Positions 54,341 through 63,635 of a stretch of DNA of 64,000 nt are shown in pieces. The notes under the pieces were generated by a model, which made no database searches, was not told the origin of the DNA, and saw nothing but the letters and a program-made list of their open reading frames with translations. Position 1 is the stretch's first letter. Every line of letters starts with the position of its first letter. Made by a program: the position numbers and the translations under genes. Origin of the DNA: Betaproteobacteria bacterium (lineage in GTDB: Bacteria; Pseudomonadota; Gammaproteobacteria; Burkholderiales; SG8-41); the NCBI GenBank assembly GCA_028292435.1, contig JAQGMI010000111.1, positions 5,489 to 69,488 on the forward strand, in the 5' to 3' direction.

Positions 54341-55129
54341 ATGAAATACGGACGATTCGATCAGCAGGGACGCATTTTCTACGGCCGTGTCGAAGGCGAC
54401 TCGGTGGTCGAGCTCGACGGCTCGCCGTTCGACACGTTTCGCGTCACTACGAAACGGCACGCATTGGCGTCGCTGAAGACCTTGCTGCCGTGCGTCCCGG
54501 GAAATTTTTATTGCGCCGGACTCAATTACCTCGCACACATCGAATGGGGCAACGCGCGCAAAGGCACCAACAAAAAGCCGCCTGAGAAAGCGGATGTCGG
54601 CTACCGCTCGAACAACGCGTTGATCGGCACCGGCGAGACCATTGTGATTCCCGCCGATTCGCCGGGACCGGTGCAATACGAAGGCGAGCTCGTCGCCGTG
54701 ATCGGTAAAAAAGCGCGCAACCTTACCGAAGCCGATGCGCTGTCGTGCGTACTCGGCTACACGCTCGGCAACGATGTCAGCGATCGCGGCTGGCAGGCGT
54801 CCGACCGCACGCTATGGCGCGCCAAGAACTGCGACACGTGGAAACCGATGGGACCATTTATCACGACCGGGCTCGACCCGATGAACCTCACGGTATCCGT
54901 GAACGTCAATGGCGAGCAGGCGGCCGAATACACGACCGACAAAATGCTGTTTTCAGCGCAGCATTACATCGCGGAGATAACCAGCTACATGACGCTATGG
55001 CCCGGCGATGTGATCTGGCTCGGCACCGACAACGCGACGCTGCCCGATCTGAAACACGGCGACGTATGTGAAATCGTGCAGAAAGATATCGGCGTGTTGC
55101 GCAATCCGGTGGTTCGCGCCGGCGCCTGA
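54341..55129 (+). CDS. fumarylacetoacetate hydrolase (FAH) family protein
   Basis: CAGLNYLAHIEWGN, YEGELVAVIGKKARN and GYTLGNDVSDRGWQ are typical FAH-fold motifs. Confidence 0.85.
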   Translation: MKYGRFDQQGRIFYGRVEGDSVVELDGSPFDTFRVTTKRHALASLKTLLPCVPGNFYCAGLNYLAHIEWGNARKGTNKKPPEKADVGYRSNNALIGTGETIVIPADSPGPVQYEGELVAVIGKKARNLTEADALSCVLGYTLGNDVSDRGWQASDRTLWRAKNCDTWKPMGPFITTGLDPMNLTVSVNVNGEQAAEYTTDKMLFSAQHYIAEITSYMTLWPGDVIWLGTDNATLPDLKHGDVCEIVQKDIGVLRNPVVRAGA

Positions 55130-55136
55130 TACGCGC

Positions 55137-56108
55137 TCAGAGCTTCAGGTTTTTCGCTTTGACGACGCGGGACCACTTCGCGAGATCGCGTTGCAGCACC
55201 TGGTTGAAGTACGCGGCGCCGATTTCCGGCGCGTCGAGACCGTCCAGCTCAAAGCGTTCTTTCATTTCACGCGACTGCTGCGCAGTGATCAGCGCCTGCT
55301 GCCAGCGCGTGACCACTGCAGGCGGCAATCCACGCGGCCCGCTCAGCGCATACCAGGTGATGGTTTCGAATCCCGGCACGCCCGACTCGGTTACCGTCGG
55401 AATATTCGGCAGCGCGCGGCTGCGTTTAAGCGTCGTGATTGCAATCACGCGCAGGCGTCCTGAATTCATCTGCGGCGTCACCAGCGGCGAGCTGCCGTAA
55501 ATCATCTGGATCTGGCCGCCGAGCATGTCGGTCAACGCAGGCCCTGAGCTCTTGTACGGCACATGCGTCATCTGCGTACCGGCCATCAGGTCGAACAGTT
55601 CGCCGACTAGATGCGACGTGCCGCCGGTGCCGGAGGAGCCATAGGTGACCTTGCCCGGATACGCTTTTGCGTACGCGATGAGCTCCTGCGTCGTTTTCGC
55701 AGGCACCGCGGGATTGAGCGTCAGCAGGAACCCCGCTTCGCCGAGCATGCTGATCGGCGCGATGTCCTTGACGGGATCAAAAGCCAGCTTGTTGGCGGCC
55801 GCGGTCGTCGCGATGCTGCCAGACACAATGCCGAGCGTGTAACCATCGGGCGCCGCGCGTACCGACATCTCCATGCCGATCACGCCGCCGGCGCCGCCGC
55901 GGTTGTCGACGACGACCGATTGCTTGAGAATTTCGCCGGCTTTCTGCGCCATCACGCGCGCGACGATGTCAGTCCCGCCGCCAGGCGCAAACGGAACGAT
56001 CAGGCGGATGGGCTTGGTCGGATAATCCGTCTGCGCTATCGCATTAAACGCAACAATAAGAGCGGCTGCGATCGATACGGTTCGCAAAACGCTCATGCGT
56101 GTCCTCAC
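55137..56108 (-). CDS. Bug family (TctC-like) substrate-binding protein
   Basis: Signal peptide followed by DYPTKPIRLIVPFAPGGGTD. C-terminus LQRDLAKWSRVVKAKNLKL. The ATG at 56096 is an alternative start. Confidence 0.9.
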   Translation of the reverse strand: MRTRMSVLRTVSIAAALIVAFNAIAQTDYPTKPIRLIVPFAPGGGTDIVARVMAQKAGEILKQSVVVDNRGGAGGVIGMEMSVRAAPDGYTLGIVSGSIATTAAANKLAFDPVKDIAPISMLGEAGFLLTLNPAVPAKTTQELIAYAKAYPGKVTYGSSGTGGTSHLVGELFDLMAGTQMTHVPYKSSGPALTDMLGGQIQMIYGSSPLVTPQMNSGRLRVIAITTLKRSRALPNIPTVTESGVPGFETITWYALSGPRGLPPAVVTRWQQALITAQQSREMKERFELDGLDAPEIGAAYFNQVLQRDLAKWSRVVKAKNLKL

Positions 56109-56112
56109 CAGC

Positions 56113-56889
56113 CTAATACATCATCTGCGCGCCGTTCACGTGCAGGTTCTGACCACTGACGAAGCTGGCCGCAGGGCTGCACAGAAAGCGCACGGCCGCC
56201 GCGACTTCTTCGGGCTCGCCCTTGCGGCCGATCGGCACGTTTTTGCTCGGCGCCGGGCGCTCGGTAATCGTTTCGCCGGCACCTGCAGTGTTCATCTGTC
56301 CAGGTGACACGCAGTTCACGCGAATGTTGTATTGCGCGAGATCGAGCGCCAATGCACGCGTCATGCCGACCAGGCCATGCTTGACGACCGAACCATGCAC
56401 TCGATTCTTGGCGCCCGACAGCGCCATCATGCCGCCCAGCGTGACAATCGCGCCGCCGCCGGCTTTGATCATGTGCGGCAGGCAGGCCTTCGCAAGATGA
56501 AAAGAACCGTCGAGCGTGATGCCGAGAATGCCTTTCCATTCATCGAAGCTCATGTCGGCAAACGGCGTCTGCTTGCGCACCGACGCATTGATGACGAGCA
56601 TGTCGATGCGGCCGAAGCGCTTCACCGTGCCGTCGACCATCGCATTGACCGCATTGGCATCGGCAACGTCGGCAACATAGGTTTCGGCGTCGCCGCCCAT
56701 CGCCTTGATCTCCTTGACGATCGCTTCGCCTGCCTCGCGCGACACGCGCGAGTTGACGGCGACCTTCGCACCGCCGGCGGCGAGCGCTAATGCGATCGAA
56801 CGCCCGATGTTGCGGGTCGCCCCGGTCACCAGCGCGACCTTGCCTTTGAATTCAGTGCCTGGCTGCAATGCAGCGTCCTGGATTGCCAT
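56113..56889 (-). CDS. SDR-fold (short-chain dehydrogenase/reductase family) protein with non-canonical active-site residues
   Basis: Cofactor motif TGATRNIGRS and INASV (NNAG position), with a C-terminal VNCVSPG. The positions of the catalytic Ser and Tyr are occupied by Gly (see findings). Confidence 0.85.
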   Translation of the reverse strand: MAIQDAALQPGTEFKGKVALVTGATRNIGRSIALALAAGGAKVAVNSRVSREAGEAIVKEIKAMGGDAETYVADVADANAVNAMVDGTVKRFGRIDMLVINASVRKQTPFADMSFDEWKGILGITLDGSFHLAKACLPHMIKAGGGAIVTLGGMMALSGAKNRVHGSVVKHGLVGMTRALALDLAQYNIRVNCVSPGQMNTAGAGETITERPAPSKNVPIGRKGEPEEVAAAVRFLCSPAASFVSGQNLHVNGAQMMY

Positions 56890-56971
56890 CTTTCCTCCGT
56901 TGACCTGATTAGGTTCTAAAACTGAGCGCGCAGTCTACTCTGCTTTCACACGCTGCGTTACTGCGAACACT

Positions 56972-57040
56972 TCAATCGATGCGCGCGCCGGTGAGCTTGA
57001 TGAGTTGCGCGTATTTTTCGTAATCGGCTTTCGAAAACTC
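56972..57040 (-). pseudogene. 3'-terminal relic of a Bug family gene
   Basis: The minus-strand frame reads EFSKADYEKYAQLIKLTGARID-stop. This matches the conserved Bug C-terminus (compare IKSDYAKYGKLIKDIGFKPQ and KVVKESGAKID). No upstream Bug coding sequence remains, and the DoxX stop codon overlaps it. Confidence 0.55.
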
Positions 57041-57452
57041 ATCCGCCCTCCTCATTCGGGAGACCGGAATTTACAAGGAATCGAGACTGCCCGCGCGTAT
57101 ACCAGTACGCCCATGCGATCAGCACGAGCTGCAGCGGCAAGCGCAGCCACAGCGCAGCCACACTCAAATCGGGATAGCGGTCGGCATGCAGCGCCATATG
57201 CAAATTCGCCGGCGTGACCGCGATGATCAGCGCAATCATGCCCCACGCGGCAAACGGCGCGAGACGCTGAAACGGCAGCATCAAGCCCAGCACGATTTCA
57301 CACACGCCGCTGATATAAACGAGCCCCGTGTGCCACGGCAAATACGGCGGCATGATGCTCGCGTAGAACTGCGTGTGCACGAAGTGATTTGCGCCGGCCA
57401 GCGCAAACAGAATGCCATACGTCCACCTGAGTATTTCTTTGGTACGCGCCAT
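57039..57452 (-). CDS. DoxX-like family membrane protein
   Basis: The start MARTKEILRWTYGILFALAGANHF and four hydrophobic helices fit a DoxX/COG4270-type small membrane protein. The ORF ATG at 57503 overlaps the upstream gene. Confidence 0.7.
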   Translation of the reverse strand: MARTKEILRWTYGILFALAGANHFVHTQFYASIMPPYLPWHTGLVYISGVCEIVLGLMLPFQRLAPFAAWGMIALIIAVTPANLHMALHADRYPDLSVAALWLRLPLQLVLIAWAYWYTRGQSRFLVNSGLPNEEGG

Positions 57453-57465
57453 GCGGGTCGCCGTG

Positions 57466-58347
57466 TCAGCGCGCCGGGGCGCCACGCACGAATGCGACGA
57501 CATCGTCGAGCACCGGCGCCTGCAAGCGCAAAGGGCGCGCGAGTACGCCGATCATCGTGTAATGGTTCGTGCGTGGATAAAATTCAAGCTCCACGGGCAC
57601 GCCGGCCGCTCGCAGTTTATCCGCGAGTTGCTGCGTGCTGCGCGTGGGACTGACGACATTGTCTGTATCCGGCGCGCCGAGAAACGCGCGCGGCGCCATG
57701 CCGGACACATGCTCTATGGGCTGCGCGCCGGGAGGGTAATCCGGATGATTGAACACCGGCTGCGCGGCGCGGTTTTCCGTCGGGAAAAAATCGTACGGCC
57801 CGGCAAGACCGATCCAGCCGGCGAGCATCGTCGGCGAAAGCTTGACCGCCGCAAGCCAGCGCGCATCGAGCGCAATCATCGCCGCGTTGTACGCACCCGA
57901 ACTATGCCCCATCACGAACAGGCGCTGCGGGTCGCCACCGTAGGCCCTTGCTTCGCGCCGGGCCCATGCCACCGCGCGCGCGCAGTCGACAAGGAAATCG
58001 GGGTAACGCACCTGCGGATAGAGCCGGTAGTCCGCGACCATGGTGACGATGCCGCGGGATGCAAGCGCTTCGCCGACGAATCGATAGTCGCCGCGCTCGC
58101 CGCTGTTCCACGTGCCGCCATAGAAAAACACCACGACCGGATAACCGCCGCGCGGTTGTGCATTGTCCGCCGGCAATGGCCGGTAAATATCCAGCCTGTT
58201 GCGCGGGTCGTCGCCATAAGCTGAATCGTTGGTTACGGTATAAGTGTTGGTCGGCGTCAGCGCATTGACGAAGCCGAGCGTCGAGCAGCCGACGAGCGCC
58301 GCTGCCCATGCCAGAGCTATTACTACTTTGATAATCAAATGCGCCAC
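57466..58347 (-). CDS. alpha/beta hydrolase lipoprotein (esterase/lipase type)
   Basis: GTG start. Lipobox AALVGCS, an oxyanion-hole region VVVFFYGGTWNSG and nucleophile elbow GHSSG. Confidence 0.8.
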   Translation of the reverse strand: MAHLIIKVVIALAWAAALVGCSTLGFVNALTPTNTYTVTNDSAYGDDPRNRLDIYRPLPADNAQPRGGYPVVVFFYGGTWNSGERGDYRFVGEALASRGIVTMVADYRLYPQVRYPDFLVDCARAVAWARREARAYGGDPQRLFVMGHSSGAYNAAMIALDARWLAAVKLSPTMLAGWIGLAGPYDFFPTENRAAQPVFNHPDYPPGAQPIEHVSGMAPRAFLGAPDTDNVVSPTRSTQQLADKLRAAGVPVELEFYPRTNHYTMIGVLARPLRLQAPVLDDVVAFVRGAPAR

Positions 58348-58394
58348 AATGCTGACTCGTTAGAAGTGCCAGCAGGAGTCTACGGGCAAGCTGC

Positions 58395-58423
58395 AAAACC
58401 GGAAATAGCGGCGCGCCGTTTCC
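58395..58423 (-). terminator. possible terminator hairpin downstream of the Bug gene
   Basis: The minus strand reads GGAAACGGCGCGCCGCTATTTCC followed by GGTTTTG. The stem is imperfect. Confidence 0.35.
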
Positions 58424-58489
58424 AGCGTACGCCCCGGAGCGCTCTTTGGCCGATGCGGCAACGGCAAAGGAGTTCCAGCCGCGCGACGG

Positions 58490-59455
58490 TCAATCCACCT
58501 TGGCGCCCGACAATTTAACGACCTTGCCCCACAGCGCGTAGTCAGCGCGAATTTGTTTGTCGAACTCGAGCGGAGTACTCGGCGCGGCATTCATGCCGAG
58601 CGCTTGCAGCCGTTGCAGCACATCCGGCGATTTGAGCGCCTGCAGGATGCCTGCATTAAGCGCGGCGACGACGGCTTTCGGCGTTGCGGCGGGCGCAACC
58701 ACGCCGTACCACTCATTGACCGACGCGAGATCCTGCAATCCTTGTTCGGCGGCGGCGGGCACGTCAGGCAACGCATCAATGCGCTTGGCGCCGAGAATGC
58801 CGATCGCTTTCAACTTTCCCGACTTCACATGCGGCACGACCGAAGTCGGGTTCGACACCATCAGGTTCACGTTGCCGCCGAGCAGGTCGAGCACTGCGGG
58901 CCCGGCGCCTTTATACGGGATGTGCACGATGTCGACGCCGGCGGTCAGCTTGAAAAGTTCGCCCGCGAGCTGCTGGCCCGAAGCGCTCGACGCAAAAGAG
59001 AGCTTGCCGGGATTTTGTTTGGCGTACGCCGCGAGTTCTTTAAAATTGGCGAACGGCATCGACGGGTGCGCCGTCATGATCATTGGCTGCTCGGTCAATC
59101 TCGTGATGGCGGCGAAATCGCGCAGCGTGTCGTAGCCGGGACTTGTATACAGGTGCGGATTCACGGCGACGGGACCCGTGTATGCGAAAGTGATTGTATA
59201 GCCGTCGGGCACGGCCTTCGCGCCTAACGCGGTACCGAGGCCGCCTTGCGCGCCGCCACGATTGTCGATTACGACCTGCTGCTTCCACAGTTCGGAAAGT
59301 TTCGCGCCGACGATACGACTCACGGCGTCCGTGCCGCCGCCTGGCGGTGCTGGCACGATCCAGCGCACCGGGCGCGATGGAAAATCGTCTGCCGCCAATA
59401 GCGGTGGAGCGAATGCTGACATGACAACAACGAACCATCCGGATTCAGTGCGCAT
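58490..59455 (-). CDS. Bug family (TctC-like) substrate-binding protein
   Basis: Signal peptide followed by DFPSRPVRWIVPAPPGGGTD. C-terminus IRADYALWGKVVKLSGAKVD. The ATG at 59467 is an alternative start. Confidence 0.9.
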   Translation of the reverse strand: MRTESGWFVVVMSAFAPPLLAADDFPSRPVRWIVPAPPGGGTDAVSRIVGAKLSELWKQQVVIDNRGGAQGGLGTALGAKAVPDGYTITFAYTGPVAVNPHLYTSPGYDTLRDFAAITRLTEQPMIMTAHPSMPFANFKELAAYAKQNPGKLSFASSASGQQLAGELFKLTAGVDIVHIPYKGAGPAVLDLLGGNVNLMVSNPTSVVPHVKSGKLKAIGILGAKRIDALPDVPAAAEQGLQDLASVNEWYGVVAPAATPKAVVAALNAGILQALKSPDVLQRLQALGMNAAPSTPLEFDKQIRADYALWGKVVKLSGAKVD

Positions 59456-59495
59456 GCAGTTCCCCATCCGTTATGCCGAAGTCAATCCGCGAGCA

Positions 59496-60794
59496 TCAGC
59501 GCAGCGGCGCCTTGCCGCTCGCGATATCCATGATCATGCGTGTCGTCAGGTACAGGCGCGGCTCGATCGAATCGATGAGAACATACTCAGCGTTGGTTGA
59601 ATGCGAGCCGAACCCTTGCAGACCGAAGCCCTCGACCACCGGCGCTTTCGTTTTGAGCGATGCATTGGCCGCGTCGGTCCCGCCGCCGGTCGGCCGCTCC
59701 TGCACGATCAGCTTTTTGCCGATTTCGCCGTAAATGCCCTGCGCGTGAAGGGCCAGCGACTTCGATGCTTCCGTTTTCTCGAGCGGCGGGAAAGTGCGCT
59801 CAAACAACAGCTCGACGTTCGCTTCCGGAATGCGTTTGACCTTGATCCGCTCGCGCAATTTCTGCTCGACGCTGTCGAGATCGGAGAGCCGTTCCACTCG
59901 GATATCGGCAAATGCCTGCGCCGCGGGCGGAATCATGTTCCTCACAATGCCGGCGCTTGCCATCGTCCAGTTGACCTTGATGCCGCGCGCTTCATCCGAA
60001 AGGTCGCCCGCCTGCAAAATCTGGTGCGCGAGTTCGTTCAACGCGTTGACGCCCCGCTCGGGCGCGCTGCCGGCGTGCGAGGCCTGACCCTTCACATTGA
60101 TGATGGCCTGCGCAATGCCGCTGGTGGCCAGCCTCACCTGATCGGCGGTCACCGGCGTGCCCTCGAACGACATCACCGCATCGTGCGCCGCGCCCATCTC
60201 CGTGATGACTTTTCGCGAGCCGGGCGAGTTGATTTCCTCGTCCGCATTGATTAGCACGGTCAGCGTGCCGTAATCGCGGAAGTTGAGCGCTTTGAGAATC
60301 GCGAGCGAATGCAGGATGACCGTCATGCCATGCCGGTCATCCGCGATGCCAAGTCCCCATGCGCGGCCGCCGTCGATCTTGAACGGCTGCTGCGCGAGCA
60401 TGCCGCGCGGATAAACGGTGTCCATGTGCGCGAGCAACAGGATCTTTTTCGTCCCGGTGCCAGTGAGGGTCGCGCGCATTACTTTGCCAACGCGCTCTGG
60501 CGTGTCGGTAAAGCGCACGATGTCGGTCCCCATGTCGAGAAGCTCGACTTTGGCGCCCAGCGCCGCAAATCTCTGCGCCAGCGCGGCCGCGATTTTTTCG
60601 AGCCCTTCGAGATCGCGACTGCCCGATTCGATCGAGACCAGCGTTTTCAGCGTCTCGAGCACGGCCGGCTTTTCTTTCTGCGCAAGCGACCATACCGGCT
60701 CGACCGTCTGCCCATACGCGCATGCAGTTCCCGCGCAGAAGGCAATTGCAAATGCATTGCGTAAAAAGTGCGGCAAGTGTCGTAACGTTTGCAT
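59496..60794 (-). CDS. secreted M20 family metallopeptidase, carboxypeptidase G2-like (paralogue of 43316..44608)
   Basis: The internal ATG at 60794 follows AGGAGAGG. Blocks LVSIESGSRD, LLAHMDTVY, GLGIADDRHG, TVLINADEEI and GGGTDAANA align without large gaps to the other copy. Confidence 0.85.
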   Translation of the reverse strand: MQTLRHLPHFLRNAFAIAFCAGTACAYGQTVEPVWSLAQKEKPAVLETLKTLVSIESGSRDLEGLEKIAAALAQRFAALGAKVELLDMGTDIVRFTDTPERVGKVMRATLTGTGTKKILLLAHMDTVYPRGMLAQQPFKIDGGRAWGLGIADDRHGMTVILHSLAILKALNFRDYGTLTVLINADEEINSPGSRKVITEMGAAHDAVMSFEGTPVTADQVRLATSGIAQAIINVKGQASHAGSAPERGVNALNELAHQILQAGDLSDEARGIKVNWTMASAGIVRNMIPPAAQAFADIRVERLSDLDSVEQKLRERIKVKRIPEANVELLFERTFPPLEKTEASKSLALHAQGIYGEIGKKLIVQERPTGGGTDAANASLKTKAPVVEGFGLQGFGSHSTNAEYVLIDSIEPRLYLTTRMIMDIASGKAPLR

Positions 60795-60865
60795 ACGCCT
60801 CTCCTGATCAAATGATGCTGGCATCGACGATGATACGCCAGCAGACAAAGTCGCCGCGCTGCGCG

Positions 60866-61876
60866 TCAATTGCCCGGCAGGTCGTGCACTTCGGGAAAGA
60901 ACAAATCCTTCCACGAGCCCGGCTTATTCTTCAACGATCCGATCTCCTGCATGAACTGCGCGTACTTGAACGTATTCTGCGGAACCATGGTGATCACGTT
61001 TTTCGGGTCGTTAAGCGTGGTCATGATTTCATCGATCGTCTCGCCCTTGCCGCCAATCGAGTCGTAATAGACCTGCGCGGCGCCGCGCTTGTCTTTGTTG
61101 ATGTAATCGACCGCGTCCTTGAGCGCGCGCACGATCGCCTTGTAGGTAACCGGATTTTCGTCGCGAAATTTTTTCATCGTGTAAAGCATCGTGAACGTCG
61201 TCGAGCCGCCCATCACGTCGTCGGTCGACATGACGGTGCGGACACGCGGGTCTTTCAACTCGCGTGCGACGAACGGCGGCGAAGTGAAATGCAGATTGAT
61301 TTCGCTGATGCCCGACAGCATTGCCGCGACGCCATCGGGATGCGGCAGGCCGACGGTGTAACGGTCGTAGCGAAACGTTTCCTTGTCGCCGAATTCCTTG
61401 CGCGCGGCCATCTGCATGATGATCGAGGGGATCGAGACCTTGACCGCGGTGACGGCCATCCGGTCTTTCTCGCCGATGTCGCGCAGCGCCTTGATCTTCG
61501 GGTTCGTCGTGTTCAGATACATCGGCAGCGAAGTCATCGCGGCAACGCCCATGATCTGGGTCGATTCGCGCGTGCGGTCCCAGGTAAGCAGAAACGCGGG
61601 CGGCCCGGCGGCCACAATCTGCGCGGCGCCCGAGAGCAGCGCGTCATTGACAACCGCCGGCCCACCGATGTTGACGAACGTGACTTTGAGATTCTTGTTG
61701 CCGAGCTCGGCGGCGTGTTTTTCAATGAGCTTCTGCTGCTCCATCACGAGCAGCGGCAGAAAACCGATGCCGCCCGCGCCTTTGGGAATTTTGAGGTCGG
61801 ATATTTCGGCTGCACCGGCCACACCGGACAACACGAATACAAGGCCGTACCACGCGGCAGCAAGGCGACGGGTCAT
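60866..61876 (-). CDS. periplasmic substrate-binding protein, NMT1/THI5-like (nitrate/sulfonate/bicarbonate ABC type)
   Basis: The internal ATG at 61876 follows GGAGGAATA. A signal peptide is present and the SBP layout is typical. There are no adjacent permease or ATPase genes. Confidence 0.75.
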   Translation of the reverse strand: MTRRLAAAWYGLVFVLSGVAGAAEISDLKIPKGAGGIGFLPLLVMEQQKLIEKHAAELGNKNLKVTFVNIGGPAVVNDALLSGAAQIVAAGPPAFLLTWDRTRESTQIMGVAAMTSLPMYLNTTNPKIKALRDIGEKDRMAVTAVKVSIPSIIMQMAARKEFGDKETFRYDRYTVGLPHPDGVAAMLSGISEINLHFTSPPFVARELKDPRVRTVMSTDDVMGGSTTFTMLYTMKKFRDENPVTYKAIVRALKDAVDYINKDKRGAAQVYYDSIGGKGETIDEIMTTLNDPKNVITMVPQNTFKYAQFMQEIGSLKNKPGSWKDLFFPEVHDLPGN

Positions 61877-61985
61877 GGATATTCCTCCTATCCCCATCAT
61901 ATAATGAATCACCGCTGCAGCAACGCGGTCGTGCAGCCGCTGCACTCAATCCGCATCAACATCCATTCAGAAAAGGTCGATCACC

Positions 61986-62906
61986 ATGCGCGTCGGATTC
62001 ATAGGCTTGGGGACAATGGGCGCTTCAATGGCGCTCAATGCCCAGAAAGCGAAGCATCAACTGATAGTCAACGACTTGCGGCGCGATGCCGCAGCGCCGC
62101 ATATCAAGGGCGGCGCCGAATGGGCCGACACCCCGCGCGCAGTTGCGGAAAGAGCCGACGTCATTCTGACATCGCTGCCGGGCCCGCGCGAAGTCGAAGC
62201 GATCGCCGACGACGTGCTCGCGGGCATGCAGCCCGGCGCGGCGTGGTTCGATCTGTCGACGAATTCACCGACCGTGGTGCGTAAGTTGAGCGCGCGCTTC
62301 GCGGCAAAAGGCTTCGCGATGCTCGACGCGCCCGTGAGCGGCGGCCCGGCAGGCGCCAAATCCGGCAAGCTCGCGCTCTTGATCGGCGGCGACAAAGCCG
62401 TATTCGAAAAATTCAAACCTGTGCTCGATGCGATCGGCGACCAGGTCATTTACATCGGCCCAATCGGCGCCGGCACAGTTGCGAAACTCGTGCACAATTG
62501 CGCCGGCTACGCGATTCAGACCGCGCTCGCCGAAGTGTTCACGATGGGCGTCAAAGCCGGCGTCGAGCCGCTCGCGCTGTGGTCGGCGGTGAGGCAATGC
62601 TCGCTCGGTCGTCAGCGCACCTTCGACCGTCTCGGCAAACAATTTCTGCGCGGCGAATTCGAACCGCCGGATTTCGCTTTGAAGCTCGCATTGAAAGATG
62701 TGATGCTGGCCACCGAACTGGGACGCGAAATCGGCGTGCCGATGCGCATTGCCGAACTGACGCGCGCCGAGATGACCGAGGCCGCGAACCGCGGGTGGGA
62801 AGCGCGCGATTCACGCGTGCCGATGTTGCTGCAGGAAGAACGCGCGGGCGTTAGCATTAAAGTGCCGGCGGCCGCCATCGAAGCCGTGATCAAGCGCGAC
62901 GGCTGA
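61986..62906 (+). CDS. NAD(P)-dependent oxidoreductase, 3-hydroxyisobutyrate dehydrogenase family
   Basis: Rossmann motif RVGFIGLGTMGASMA, DAPVSGGPAGA and the family-typical C-terminal domain. Confidence 0.85.
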   Translation: MRVGFIGLGTMGASMALNAQKAKHQLIVNDLRRDAAAPHIKGGAEWADTPRAVAERADVILTSLPGPREVEAIADDVLAGMQPGAAWFDLSTNSPTVVRKLSARFAAKGFAMLDAPVSGGPAGAKSGKLALLIGGDKAVFEKFKPVLDAIGDQVIYIGPIGAGTVAKLVHNCAGYAIQTALAEVFTMGVKAGVEPLALWSAVRQCSLGRQRTFDRLGKQFLRGEFEPPDFALKLALKDVMLATELGREIGVPMRIAELTRAEMTEAANRGWEARDSRVPMLLQEERAGVSIKVPAAAIEAVIKRDG

Positions 62907-62985
62907 TTGAACCGGCCCGCAACGACCTGCCGGAAATTGGTTATAGTCCGGTTCCAGCAGTGCACATCGATTGGAAGGAGAAAAC

Positions 62986-63486
62986 ATGACTCACACCGTA
63001 TCTCAACTCGCTACCGAATTCCGCGCCGCCTTGAAAGCCGAACCCGGTCCGGCCGGCCGTCAGAAAATCTGTACGATTTTGCGCGAAGCGCTCACCGATC
63101 AGGATTTCATCAAGGCGACATTCGACGACAACACGCCCGAGCGCAAAATCCTGCACGAAGATCCGGAACTCGGCTTTTGCATCCTCGCGCATCAATACAA
63201 GGGCCCCAAAGAGAGCTCGCCGCACGACCACGCGCACTCTTGGGCAATCTATGGACAAGTTGCCGGTGAGACGATGATGTCGGACTGGGACTTAGTCAGC
63301 CCCGCCAGCGCCGAGAAAGCCGGCAAAGTGACGCACAAGAAAAAATATTCGCTCACGCCGGGCGTTGCGCACGTCTACAACGAAGGCGATCTGCATTCAC
63401 CGAGCCGCACGGGTCCGACCCGCTTGATCCGCATCGAAGGCACTAATATGGAAAAGGTGAAGCGGCACAAGTTCGAACCGGCATAA
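62986..63486 (+). CDS. cupin-like metalloprotein (cysteine-dioxygenase-like fold), function unknown
   Basis: GGAAGGAGAAAAC precedes the ATG at 62986. His-rich cupin motif SPHDHAHSWAIYGQ with a later GDLHSP. Confidence 0.6.
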   Translation: MTHTVSQLATEFRAALKAEPGPAGRQKICTILREALTDQDFIKATFDDNTPERKILHEDPELGFCILAHQYKGPKESSPHDHAHSWAIYGQVAGETMMSDWDLVSPASAEKAGKVTHKKKYSLTPGVAHVYNEGDLHSPSRTGPTRLIRIEGTNMEKVKRHKFEPA

Positions 63487-63524
63487 GCATCGATAACCGC
63501 ATCCGGGTGCCGGATGCCGTTATC

Positions 63525-63555
63525 AAAGGCCGCTGCCTCTGCAGCGGCCTTTTTC
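63525..63555 (+). terminator. rho-independent terminator
   Basis: 9-bp stem GGCCGCTGC / GCAGCGGCC with a 4-nt loop and a T5 run. A second imperfect palindrome (ATAACCGCATCCGG..CCGGATGCCGTTAT) precedes it. Confidence 0.8.
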
Positions 63556-63635
63556 GTGTTGGCCACGCCAGCACCGCGCTAAGCGCAGACGTTACCGCCT
63601 GTCCCGCACCCAAGCGCTGTGCAGCTGCGTAGCGC

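Noticed and set aside
57041-57085. The last ~15 codons of the DoxX ORF (…FLVNSGLPNEEGG) as also being derived from the Bug relic
   Set aside because: The resemblance to the Bug segment VGN(S/T)PEEF is weak and would need a frameshift. Only the downstream 22-codon match is reported.
60722-62284. 520-aa plus-strand ORF
   Set aside because: It is antisense to the NMT1-type SBP gene and runs across a divergent promoter into the next gene in a different frame.
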